Below are positions 1 to 8,049 of a stretch of DNA of 53,643 nt, piece by piece. Each line of letters begins with the position of its first letter. The first letter of the stretch is position 1. Where the stretch lies: the IMG/VR virus record IMGVR_UViG_3300034268_000054, positions 1 to 53,643 of that record; one strand, given 5' to 3'. Under the pieces are notes generated by a model. That model made no database searches. It was not told the DNA's origin and worked only from the letters and a program-made list of their open reading frames with translations. The DNA is from a virus (taxonomy: Duplodnaviria; Caudoviricetes). A program made the translations under genes and the position numbers.

Positions 1-483
1 TCAAGGCGTGCAGTTTGCCTGCGACTGCGTAAGCAAGTAGTCCAACATCGTCCGGTGCTGCCCGGCTACGACCCTGGGATAGCCCCAAGCCTTGACACAC
101 ATCCCCTTGCCCGAGCTGCAAGCCTCGCTCCGGAAGAGCTTGCAGATGCCCGTCACCGGATCAGGAAAGCAGGTAGAGGTCGCGACCTGGGTAGGGCAGT
201 AGAGGAGCAGCGTCGAGGCGTCGAGACAGAGGTTGCGGAGGGCCTGCGACGGCGAGTCGGTGGGGCAGTCCACGGTAATCGTGTGGTCCTCGCCGCGGTA
301 CCGGACCCGAACGGACACCGTGACCTCCTTGTAAGTCGTGACACCCGTGCGCGTGTTGTACTCAACCACGTTGGACAGGCCGACCACCTTCCCGAGCAGC
401 TCGGTGTAGGAGTAATCCTGAGCGGATGCCGCGCCACAAATGATGAGCGCCAGGAAAGCTGCGAGCTTGAGACTCAACTTCAT
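1..483 (-). CDS. Secreted cysteine-rich hypothetical protein
   Basis: Signal peptide MKLSLKLAAFLALIICGAASA; 8 Cys in the mature part; GGAGG RBS upstream. Confidence 0.7.
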   Translation of the reverse strand: MKLSLKLAAFLALIICGAASAQDYSYTELLGKVVGLSNVVEYNTRTGVTTYKEVTVSVRVRYRGEDHTITVDCPTDSPSQALRNLCLDASTLLLYCPTQVATSTCFPDPVTGICKLFRSEACSSGKGMCVKAWGYPRVVAGQHRTMLDYLLTQSQANCTP

Positions 484-856
484 AGGGTAACTACCTCCAA
501 TCCCCTCAGTGCCGAAGCATGGCGGAATACCAGCGTCGCCGAGGGTTCGGTACGAAGGGGCGGGTTATACCGGCGCTGCCCGACTTCAGTCAAGAGCCGA
601 TAACGGTTAGCTCGAAGTCTGTCAGCCTCAGAACTTGAATAGCGTAGTGAAACGCCATATTCGTTGCAGATTGATGATCGAAGGCCATAACCGGCCACTC
701 TTCCGCTGCCCTCTTTCCGTCCTTTTTTACGAAGGAAACGCACGCTCTGTACTGAATTACTCTTCGATGCTTTCGGGCTTGCATAGTGGAATGCATTGTG
801 AAACTTTCCTGTTTGTTGTTCGTAGTTTCCGACTCACCCAGAAGGAGGTACCGCAG

Positions 857-1156
857 GTGTCGCACCCCGCAGTTGCCCGACCAGCATTCCCCGACGTTCG
901 CACAGAATTGGAAAGAGCAATCGAGGCCAGGGGGTGGAGCCTGGAGCGGGCCTCACGGAGATTGCGAACCAACAAGCCCAAGCTCTTCCGCGTCATTCGC
1001 GGGCAAGAGCCAGACCTAAGACTAGCAGTAGCGATTGAGGAAACCCTGGGCATAGAGGTTCGCCGCTGGCTTCTGGTGATCCTTACCTACTTAGCTGCCA
1101 CGGGAGGCATCGACATTCCGGAAGGTCTAGACCTCTTTCTCGGCAGTCTCTGCTGA
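857..1156 (+). CDS. Cro/XRE-like HTH regulator (paralog of 46243..46500)
   Basis: EARGWSLERASRRLRTNKPKLFRVIRGQEPDLRLAVAIE; GTG at 857 with AAGGAGG RBS preferred over the ORF-track start at 635. Confidence 0.75.
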   Translation: MSHPAVARPAFPDVRTELERAIEARGWSLERASRRLRTNKPKLFRVIRGQEPDLRLAVAIEETLGIEVRRWLLVILTYLAATGGIDIPEGLDLFLGSLC

Positions 1157-1167
1157 AGCAAAGGAAG

Positions 1168-1220
1168 CGTGTCAAAAACGAGACAAACGCCTTGCCGGAC
1201 GGGGTTTCCTGCCCTACTCT
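1168..1220 (+). promoter_or_regulatory. Promoter with upstream dyad (site 1)
   Basis: CGTGTCA-AAAA-CGAGA, 8 nt, TTGCCG-17-TACTCT. Confidence 0.65.
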
Positions 1221-1330
1221 TCACCCACACGAAAAGCGCCGAGGGATGCAGCTCTCGGCGGGAACAGATGGGACCGGCGGGCCATGGTGGTTTGCCGGCA
1301 AAATGAAGAGCAAGGGAGACTATACAGACA

Positions 1331-1714
1331 ATGGAACAGACCGGCAACGTCACGACCGCCGCCCCCGCCCCCGTCACCTTCACTCGCGGCGCCACCCTGG
1401 CCGCTCCCGTCACTAAGACGCGGAGCAGCAAGTATGACGGGCTCCTGGAGGAGATCCTCGTCGTGGCGATGGACTCCCCGTTCGGCGAGTGGAAGTCCTG
1501 GACGCTCCCCAGCCTCAAGGCCGCGGAGCGCGCCGTGATCCCCGTCCGGACCATGGGCAAGGAAGAGGGCGGCGCCGAGTACCATCTCCGCGCGCGGGCT
1601 CAGCAGGACCCCGAGAGCGAGAGCGGCATCCTCTTCGTCCAGAAGATGCCGGGCGCGGCCCCCAAGCGCGCCAAGAAGGCCGACACCGCCGCGGCCGAGC
1701 CCCAGGCCAACTAA
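1331..1714 (+). CDS. Hypothetical protein
   Basis: AAGGGAG RBS; strong GC3 codon bias; first gene after promoter site 1. Confidence 0.75.
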   Translation: MEQTGNVTTAAPAPVTFTRGATLAAPVTKTRSSKYDGLLEEILVVAMDSPFGEWKSWTLPSLKAAERAVIPVRTMGKEEGGAEYHLRARAQQDPESESGILFVQKMPGAAPKRAKKADTAAAEPQAN

Positions 1715-1747
1715 GGGCCACCCCACAAGCAAGAGGACGAGAGAGGG

Positions 1748-2266
1748 TTGCCGCTCCGCGGGGAGCGGCCCCACTCCAACCCGGTGAATGGACTCAGCGG
1801 AGTCCCTGCGTTAGCCCTGTTCGTCAAAGGCGTACCGGCACCGCAGGGCTCAAAGACAGCGGTAACTATCGGCGGAGCTGCCAGGGTCATCGAAGGCGGC
1901 TCAAGCACGGGACGGAAGAAACACAAGGTGTGGAGGGCGACGGTAACCCAGGCGGCAAAGGAAGCCTGGAATGGCAGAGCTGCGCTCGACTGCCCCGTAG
2001 GTGTCGAGCTGGTGTTCCTGATGCCGCGCCCAACAAGCGCCCCGAAGAAGAGGGTCTGGGCTGACACGAAGCCGGACATCGACAAACTCGAACGATCGAT
2101 TCTCGACAGCCTCAAGGTTGCCGGAGTTCTTATCGAGGATTCGAGAGTCGTCAAGGTCGCGAAGGAGAAAGAGCTGACGACCGGTGATACCGGAGTGCAG
2201 ATCACAATCTTCGACCTGACGAATGTCATGCCCTCCTCTTACAACGACTACGCTGCGCTCTTCTAG
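1748..2266 (+). CDS. rusA: RusA-family Holliday junction resolvase
   Basis: GVPAPQGSK; KPDIDKLERSILDSL and DSRVV catalytic Asp/Lys pattern; start uncertain. Confidence 0.88.
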   Translation: MPLRGERPHSNPVNGLSGVPALALFVKGVPAPQGSKTAVTIGGAARVIEGGSSTGRKKHKVWRATVTQAAKEAWNGRAALDCPVGVELVFLMPRPTSAPKKRVWADTKPDIDKLERSILDSLKVAGVLIEDSRVVKVAKEKELTTGDTGVQITIFDLTNVMPSSYNDYAALF

Positions 2267-2282
2267 GAAAGGAGGCGTTGCT

Positions 2283-2576
2283 GTGACCGGATGCCCGGCA
2301 TGCAATGGAAAGGTCTGCACTTTAACTAGGTCCCTATTTGATGACTCGGAGGTAGTGATCCCTTTTCCGAGCCACGCCGGGGCCCGGTACGCGGACTGGA
2401 CCGAGGTGCATGCCGGGCATTTTGTTTATGCGCTCGATTCAATCTATCGAGTCGTGCATCGGGATGCAGGCGAAGGATACTGCATCGTATCAGTCAACCA
2501 TAACCCGTTAACGGTTTATGACATCTCGGCCCTGAGACCGTGGGCCGGAGACAGGGAGGAAGATGGATCTGTCTGA
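2283..2576 (+). CDS. Hypothetical protein with N-terminal CxxC
   Basis: GTG start 7 nt after AGGAGG; CPACNG. Confidence 0.6.
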   Translation: MTGCPACNGKVCTLTRSLFDDSEVVIPFPSHAGARYADWTEVHAGHFVYALDSIYRVVHRDAGEGYCIVSVNHNPLTVYDISALRPWAGDREEDGSV

Positions 2577-2904
2577 ATACCAGAAGCTCGCTCGGCGATT
2601 CGCAAGGTATCCCGGCCTTGGCACCTTGAGCGGGCTCGGCTACTTGATGCTCGGTCTCACTTCCGAAGCTGGCGAGACGGCCGGCGAAGTAAAGAATGCA
2701 ATGCGCGATGACGGGGGCGACATCACTCCGGAGAGGCGATCCAAGATCCTCGAAGAGGCCGGAGACGCCCTCTGGTACCTTGCGATGATCGCGGCCGAGC
2801 TGGGGGCGGATCTCGCAGGCGTAGCGCAATACAACGTCAACAAGCTTGAGATTCGACGCCTCGGCCTGGAGGGCGTTGACCAGAAGAAAGAGGAGGTGAA
2901 CTAG
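2563..2904 (+). CDS. MazG-like nucleoside triphosphate pyrophosphohydrolase
   Basis: LGLTSEAGETAGEVK and EEAGDALWYLAMIA (ExxE...ExxD pattern). Confidence 0.88.
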   Translation: MDLSEYQKLARRFARYPGLGTLSGLGYLMLGLTSEAGETAGEVKNAMRDDGGDITPERRSKILEEAGDALWYLAMIAAELGADLAGVAQYNVNKLEIRRLGLEGVDQKKEEVN

Positions 2905-3804
2905 TTGAACGGTGGACTTGAGCTAATTCAACGGCTCGCTCCTCTTGCCGCGGGAGAATTGATCGATCCGCCGGCCGAGCCGAGCCTCCTGCTTGACTGC
3001 AAGGAATTCGGAGGAACATCTACCGTCCCCGTAAGCTTCCGCGCGGCGGCGTGGGCAGCGGAGTACGTGAGATCCCACAGGGGCGGGGCAAGTCCAGCAT
3101 GGCTTCACCTGGGGCATCCCAAGCTCACCGACTGGTCGATGGAAAAGGTGCTCTACTTCTTTCGCGACCAAAAGAAAAACGGCTTCATGTCTCTGGCCGG
3201 AAGGAATGAGCAGTTGTGCCCAGACCCCCATATCAACCTCTGGGTGTCGGCCGTGCTTTCGATCCAAAAGGGAGCTAAGGAATTCGGCCACAAGGAAGTT
3301 TACGACCTCGCCTCCTGGTGGCTGAGAAAGGTCGCGGCGACCTGGAAGGCCGGTATGACGCCCGAGGGGGACGTATTCATGGTGGGGGCCATGTCAGGCA
3401 AGACCCCCCATACGGTTGTCGGCTCGCTAATTCTCCGCGAGCTGCTGGGAATCGAGCAGCCCGTGGGAATCTTGTGGGATGACGTGCGGTACACAGCCGC
3501 GAGGCTGGCCCGAGAGATGATTCAGGCCGGAGACGATCTCGGCGGCGCGGCGCGAGAAATCGATCTCCCCTTCATGCGGGTGCCCGTGGCCGTCTTCCGC
3601 TACGACGGAGGACACCTCGCCCAGGCGGACGACCCTGGGCAAAGGCTCGATCTGCACGAGCAGTGGTGCTCATGGGTACAGGTCGAATATCACCGGCTCC
3701 GGAGACACGACGTGACATTCGAGCGGGCATGGAGGACTGATCCGCCGCTTCCTCCTCCGGCCATCAAAGCCTTCTTTCAGTCACCGCTTTTGCGAGACGT
3801 ATAG
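2905..3804 (+). CDS. Hypothetical protein, cytoplasmic paralog of secreted 6080..7093
   Basis: GAGGAGG RBS with TTG start; shares EYVR..RGG, LCxDPH, AGDDLGGAA and LHEQ blocks with 6080..7093. Confidence 0.8.
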   Translation: MNGGLELIQRLAPLAAGELIDPPAEPSLLLDCKEFGGTSTVPVSFRAAAWAAEYVRSHRGGASPAWLHLGHPKLTDWSMEKVLYFFRDQKKNGFMSLAGRNEQLCPDPHINLWVSAVLSIQKGAKEFGHKEVYDLASWWLRKVAATWKAGMTPEGDVFMVGAMSGKTPHTVVGSLILRELLGIEQPVGILWDDVRYTAARLAREMIQAGDDLGGAAREIDLPFMRVPVAVFRYDGGHLAQADDPGQRLDLHEQWCSWVQVEYHRLRRHDVTFERAWRTDPPLPPPAIKAFFQSPLLRDV

Positions 3805-3837
3805 CACATCGAACAAGGGCCTCTCAGGCTCGTACTC

Positions 3838-3892
3838 GGAAAAACCCGGCCACCCTCGCCCGCAGTACGCGGCACAGGGGTCGGGTTTTTCC
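3838..3892 (+). terminator. Hairpin / probable terminator
   Basis: GGAAAAACCCG...CGGGTTTTTCC inverted repeat after the 3804 stop. Confidence 0.55.
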
Positions 3893-3943
3893 GTTTCAGT
3901 TCTGAGAAATACCCGAGACGCAGCCAGGGGTGATCCGTAGAAT
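3892..3943 (+). promoter_or_regulatory. Promoter with upstream dyad (site 2)
   Basis: CGTTTCA-GTTC-TGAGA, 7 nt, GAGACG-17-TAGAAT. Confidence 0.65.
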
Positions 3944-3980
3944 TCAGGGTGTCGAGACCATATAGGAGGGCAAAGACAAA

Positions 3981-4157
3981 ATGCCTGACGGGCTTTACCG
4001 GTTCCCTTCGGGAAGTGAGCGCGAAGCCGCCTTGAAGGTGGCGAGGGAACGGAGAGAAGGAAACCTCTCCTATTTCGAGCGCTACAGAAAGACTATGCCG
4101 GTTGTCGCCGCAATGAAGGGAACCCCGCGGCGACCTCCGTCCGGCGGGGCGGCATGA
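3981..4157 (+). CDS. Small basic hypothetical protein (58 aa, not in ORF track)
   Basis: AGGAGG RBS; MPDGLYRFPSGSEREAALKVARERREGNLSYFERYRKT...; directly after promoter site 2. Confidence 0.6.
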   Translation: MPDGLYRFPSGSEREAALKVARERREGNLSYFERYRKTMPVVAAMKGTPRRPPSGGAA

Positions 4158-4258
4158 ATAACCACTTAACCACAGGAGGGCGTTTGGTCAAGAAATGGAT
4201 TGTAAGCGCGATGGAGATGATCGCCGATCATCTCCGCTTTAACCCGGTGCTCGTCTAA
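4154..4258 (+). CDS. Possible tiny ORF (34 aa)
   Basis: ATGA overlap upstream and TAATG overlap downstream, suggesting translational coupling. Confidence 0.35.
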   Translation: MNNHLTTGGRLVKKWIVSAMEMIADHLRFNPVLV

Positions 4259-4755
4259 TGAGCGAGATCCCGGGCGAGAGGATTCAGGAGGTGGAGTTCT
4301 CGGGGGTGATCTTCGAGCACTTCTTCGCAACGGGGGCGGCTACCAGGGCTCGGATCGTAGAGGCTGGCCTGCCCGAGGGAAGCCGACTGGTCGATGCCAG
4401 CGTCGAGGACTTCGGCCACACGGTGGTGTTCCGCTTCCTCCTGCCGGAAGGCCATGTCGCCGCCAAAGGGCGGATTCCAATCGTCTACACCACCAGAGAG
4501 GCCGAGGTCTACGCCGGCAGAGAGAAGGTCTACAAGATCCAGCGCGCGGACGGTCTCTACTCGCAGGGGGGTTCATACGCCGTGTGCTCCTTCCGCTGGT
4601 CGCGGCTGGGCAAGCTCTGGGCCTCGCTGCGGAACCTCATGGCTCACCTCGCCCTGTTCCGGCCCGAGGAGGTCCCGGAGGACTGGCAGGCCGTGGAATA
4701 CGCCCTGGTCGAAATCAGTCGCAAGCCGGCCATCGACCTGAAGCTGAAACGATAA
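4258..4755 (+). CDS. Hypothetical protein
   Basis: Coding-like ORF in the rightward operon. Confidence 0.7.
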   Translation: MSEIPGERIQEVEFSGVIFEHFFATGAATRARIVEAGLPEGSRLVDASVEDFGHTVVFRFLLPEGHVAAKGRIPIVYTTREAEVYAGREKVYKIQRADGLYSQGGSYAVCSFRWSRLGKLWASLRNLMAHLALFRPEEVPEDWQAVEYALVEISRKPAIDLKLKR

Positions 4756-4790
4756 CCGATTAACAAGAGACAAGGAGGTTGAAGACAGCA

Positions 4791-5048
4791 ATGCACGAGT
4801 TTTACTTCGATGACTTCGACAGCGTGACCTGGGATTACGTGGAGGATCTTCTCGACTCCGGCGAGTACGGCGACTTCGAGGATGACGATCCGGAGTCCTA
4901 CCTCGAATTCGACATGACCTACAATCCGTTCGATATAGGCGAGGACGAGCATCACTCCTTCGGTGCCGTCCGCCGCTTCCTTCTGGAGTCGGGCGTCGAT
5001 GAGGATGATGAGGCCGCCAAGATCTTCCTCACCGACCGCGACGACTAA
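4791..5048 (+). CDS. Highly acidic small protein
   Basis: AAGGAGG RBS; about 30 D/E versus 4 K/R in 85 aa. Confidence 0.75.
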   Translation: MHEFYFDDFDSVTWDYVEDLLDSGEYGDFEDDDPESYLEFDMTYNPFDIGEDEHHSFGAVRRFLLESGVDEDDEAAKIFLTDRDD

Positions 5049-5068
5049 GCGACAGATCGAGCGATAAC

Positions 5069-5114
5069 AAAAAAGGCCGGTATCCAGGGTAACTCCCGGA
5101 TACCGGCCTTTTTT
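5069..5114. terminator. Bidirectional intrinsic terminator between convergent blocks
   Basis: AAAAAAGGCCGGTATCC...GGATACCGGCCTTTTTT. Confidence 0.9.
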
Positions 5115-5122
5115 GCGTTTGC

Positions 5123-5716
5123 CTACGTTGCCGTCACAAGCCAGTCGTCAACAGTGGATGCGATGCCGCCGAATCCGTTCACGATGATGCCGACTTGAGG
5201 GTTCGTCAAGAGAGCGCTGCTTACCTCGGTGTGCTGGTGTCCCAGCGGTCCCGTCGCAGTGATGACGTTGCCCTTTGCTTCGAGCGTCACGGTCCCCGTG
5301 CTGCCGGGAAGCAGAGGTCCCTTGAACGTATCGGGACCGCCGTTTACTAAGGACATTTGCCAGCCGCTGTTCGCGAAGTCGTAAAAGACTTCCCAATAAT
5401 GACTGTTGTCCGACCTGCGGATCAGAAGCCCGATTAGATTCTCGACGTGAGTGACGTTGACGCTCAATTTCACGTCGGCCGAGCCGACATCCATGAAGGC
5501 GTGACGGATCACCGGATCAGTCCGGCTGAGGCTGTAGCTTTGAATCGTAAAACCCGCAGTTCCTCCCGAGCTTTGCGACCACGCCGGCCCCTTATCCGGC
5601 GAGTGACTGAGCAGCGCGGTTCCGTTCGCGCTGGTGAACGTGTCCCGAGACAATATCCGAATGGTTGGGCCGTCGTCAGCCTGACTTGAGATGAAGGGGG
5701 AGAGGCTGAGCCTCAC
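5123..5716 (-). CDS. Beta-rich hypothetical protein, possibly virion/receptor-binding
   Basis: DTFTSANGTALLSHSPDKG..W start followed by a beta-sandwich-like pattern; coupled to the upstream ORF. Confidence 0.55.
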   Translation of the reverse strand: MRLSLSPFISSQADDGPTIRILSRDTFTSANGTALLSHSPDKGPAWSQSSGGTAGFTIQSYSLSRTDPVIRHAFMDVGSADVKLSVNVTHVENLIGLLIRRSDNSHYWEVFYDFANSGWQMSLVNGGPDTFKGPLLPGSTGTVTLEAKGNVITATGPLGHQHTEVSSALLTNPQVGIIVNGFGGIASTVDDWLVTAT

Positions 5717-6057
5717 TCAAACCACTCCGCGACGAGAAGCGTGGAGTCGCCGGTGGCGGAGAGGTCCCGGTCCACGCTGAGGACTCGGGTGGCCCCCTTC
5801 GGCAGGCCGATCTGACCGATCTCCCCGTTGCCGTCCGGCGAGAAGTCCTCCTCGGGAACAGTGGCGGCGCCGACCGAAGCGTTGCGCACCCAGGCGTCGG
5901 CGACCATGGCGGTCAGGATCACGGTCCTGCATCCGTTCGGGCGGACGATGGTGCGAGCTGCCCCCAGGCTGAGGATGTAGTTTTGAACATTGTCCGACAA
6001 GGGAGTGATCGGGACTCCGCCCTTCACTTCCCCGCTAATACCGGCATTCATTCTCAA
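5713..6057 (-). CDS. Hypothetical protein
   Basis: AAGGAG RBS; GTGA overlap with the next gene. Confidence 0.65.
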   Translation of the reverse strand: MRMNAGISGEVKGGVPITPLSDNVQNYILSLGAARTIVRPNGCRTVILTAMVADAWVRNASVGAATVPEEDFSPDGNGEIGQIGLPKGATRVLSVDRDLSATGDSTLLVAEWFE

Positions 6058-6079
6058 GACACTCTTCTCCTTTTGCGAT

Positions 6080-7093
6080 TTACTTCGACGTAATGACAGA
6101 CAACGGACGCTCCGGGCCTTCGCCCGGTTCGGGGAACTGGAAGCCGCGAATGAACGTCAGGCCACCCGAGTTGAAGATCCTGCCGACGTTCCACTCAGTG
6201 GTGAACTTGAGACTGGTGTACGTCGCAAACTGTTCATGCAGGTAGAAAGTGAAGGTTTCGGGATTCGCGATGATCTCCGTCTCCACCCGGTCGCTGTATC
6301 GCTTCACTCGAAGGGGGTAGGCGAGCTTCACCTTCGCGAGGTCCGCGGGCTTCATCTTGGCTGCGCCGCCGAGGTCGTCGCCCGCGCGCAAAAGCATCTG
6401 GGCGCCGCGAGCTGCGGCGTAAAAGTTATCCCCCCAGATACCCGGCTTCGCGGCCGGACCTAGCTGCGGCAGCCGCTTCACGAGGCGGTAGACCATCGTC
6501 CCCACCTCCGTGCAGGGAAGCCCCTGTACGCGAGCGCCAGCGCTACAGATCTGTCCGTTCGGCGTTGCGACCGCGGAGTAGACGGCGAACAGGTCGCGGA
6601 AATACTGACTCGTGGCGTCGATCACGTCCTGGTGCTTGAACTCCAATGCTCCAATCCGAATCAGCATCACAGAAGCGAGGTGGAAGTTGTGATGAGGATC
6701 GGCGCAGAGCATTTCGCCCCGCATGATTCCGTTCGTTCTCTCCCACACGAGATAGGAAAGCACCTTGCGCCGCCAGAACATCTGATAGGCATTGCGGCGA
6801 TCCGCGGGAATCCAGGCCGGCAGCGCTCCGCCGCGCCATACGCGGACATATTCGGTGGACCACGCCATGGCCTGATAGTTGGCCGTCCCGGGCTTGTCCC
6901 GCCCGACCAACGGGCCTCCGGGCCAAAGGTAGCTATCCTCGTTCAACATCAAGAGATAGTCGTTATCGAGGACCGGAGTCGTCTCGCCGTCGAGCACTTG
7001 AGTCAACCGCTCGACTAGCGGCTTGTGAGTAGCAGCGGTGACTGGCAGTGAGCAAATCGCGGCCAGGGCGACCGCGAGGTACGTCTTCTTCAT
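6080..7093 (-). CDS. Secreted hypothetical protein (paralog of 2905..3804)
   Basis: Signal peptide MKKTYLAVALAAICSLPVTA; GGAG RBS. Confidence 0.8.
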   Translation of the reverse strand: MKKTYLAVALAAICSLPVTAATHKPLVERLTQVLDGETTPVLDNDYLLMLNEDSYLWPGGPLVGRDKPGTANYQAMAWSTEYVRVWRGGALPAWIPADRRNAYQMFWRRKVLSYLVWERTNGIMRGEMLCADPHHNFHLASVMLIRIGALEFKHQDVIDATSQYFRDLFAVYSAVATPNGQICSAGARVQGLPCTEVGTMVYRLVKRLPQLGPAAKPGIWGDNFYAAARGAQMLLRAGDDLGGAAKMKPADLAKVKLAYPLRVKRYSDRVETEIIANPETFTFYLHEQFATYTSLKFTTEWNVGRIFNSGGLTFIRGFQFPEPGEGPERPLSVITSK

Positions 7094-7189
7094 TGTGACT
7101 TGTGGTCTCCACTTGAGGGGAAATAGAAATGCCGGGGAGGCTCGCGGCCAACCCCGGCATTCCGTGTCTACTGAGAACTGGTTACTGGC

Positions 7190-8020
7190 TTACTGACCGA
7201 CCTTGACGGCCGGCAGGCTGGCGTCGTAGATCCCCGAGCGCAGGATGCCCACGACGTAGCAGGGAATCTCCCGGCAGTCGAGCTGCAACCGGCCGAAGTC
7301 CGCGTTGACGCCGATGGAGGCGTCGAGATCGATCCGGTTCGTCGCCCGCGGTTTGAACTGGCCCACGAGGTTCACCGAGAGCGGGACCGGATTGCCGGCC
7401 TCGCTCCAGGCCAGGATCGGAAGGGGCTTCGTGCCGTTCGCCGAGGGCGCGAAGATCACCAGCTCGGTGCCGTCCACGACCTTGCCCTTGGAGCCGAACC
7501 GCACCTCGAAGAGGCCGGTGGCAGGCTTGACCAGCTCGCCGCCCTGGGCGAATTCGGAGGTCGTGTCCACGAGCAGCCAGTCACCCCAGATGCCCGCGCC
7601 GTCGCGCAGGAGGCCGTCGTAGCCCGTCTCACCGGGAGTGAGGGTGGTGCAACCGGAGACCTCCTCGAAGGCGATGTAGCCCCGGGCCATCCCGTCCTCG
7701 CCCACGAGCCCCTTCAGGTTGGCGACCAGGAAGTGCCCCTTGCAGATCGGCGTCTCGCCGTTGAGCGTGTCCCGCAGGTTGACGGAGACCGTGCCCCGCG
7801 GCGGCAGCTCGACGTTGAAGATCGCGGAGAGCTGGCCGGTCTTGCTGTAGACGTTGGCGCGCACGAGGCGGGCGGTGTCGCTGGCATTCGACAGGCTGAA
7901 GAGGGTGGTTGGCAGACTCGGGTCGCTCGCGGTGACGAAGTTGGGCAGATAGGTCGGCTCGGCGACCGCGGTTGCGGCGAGCCCGAGGAACAGAGCGGCG
8001 GCGAGGAGTAGCTTCTTCAT
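7190..8020 (-). CDS. Secreted/surface protein (moron)
   Basis: Start at 8020 (MKKLLLAAALFLGLAATAVA) with GGGAGG RBS; TTLFSLSNAS, VNLRD, ARGYI, IWGDW, FAQG motifs. Confidence 0.8.
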   Translation of the reverse strand: MKKLLLAAALFLGLAATAVAEPTYLPNFVTASDPSLPTTLFSLSNASDTARLVRANVYSKTGQLSAIFNVELPPRGTVSVNLRDTLNGETPICKGHFLVANLKGLVGEDGMARGYIAFEEVSGCTTLTPGETGYDGLLRDGAGIWGDWLLVDTTSEFAQGGELVKPATGLFEVRFGSKGKVVDGTELVIFAPSANGTKPLPILAWSEAGNPVPLSVNLVGQFKPRATNRIDLDASIGVNADFGRLQLDCREIPCYVVGILRSGIYDASLPAVKVGQ

Positions 8021-8049
8021 TCTGATTGTTACCTCCCTTGGTAAACGGT

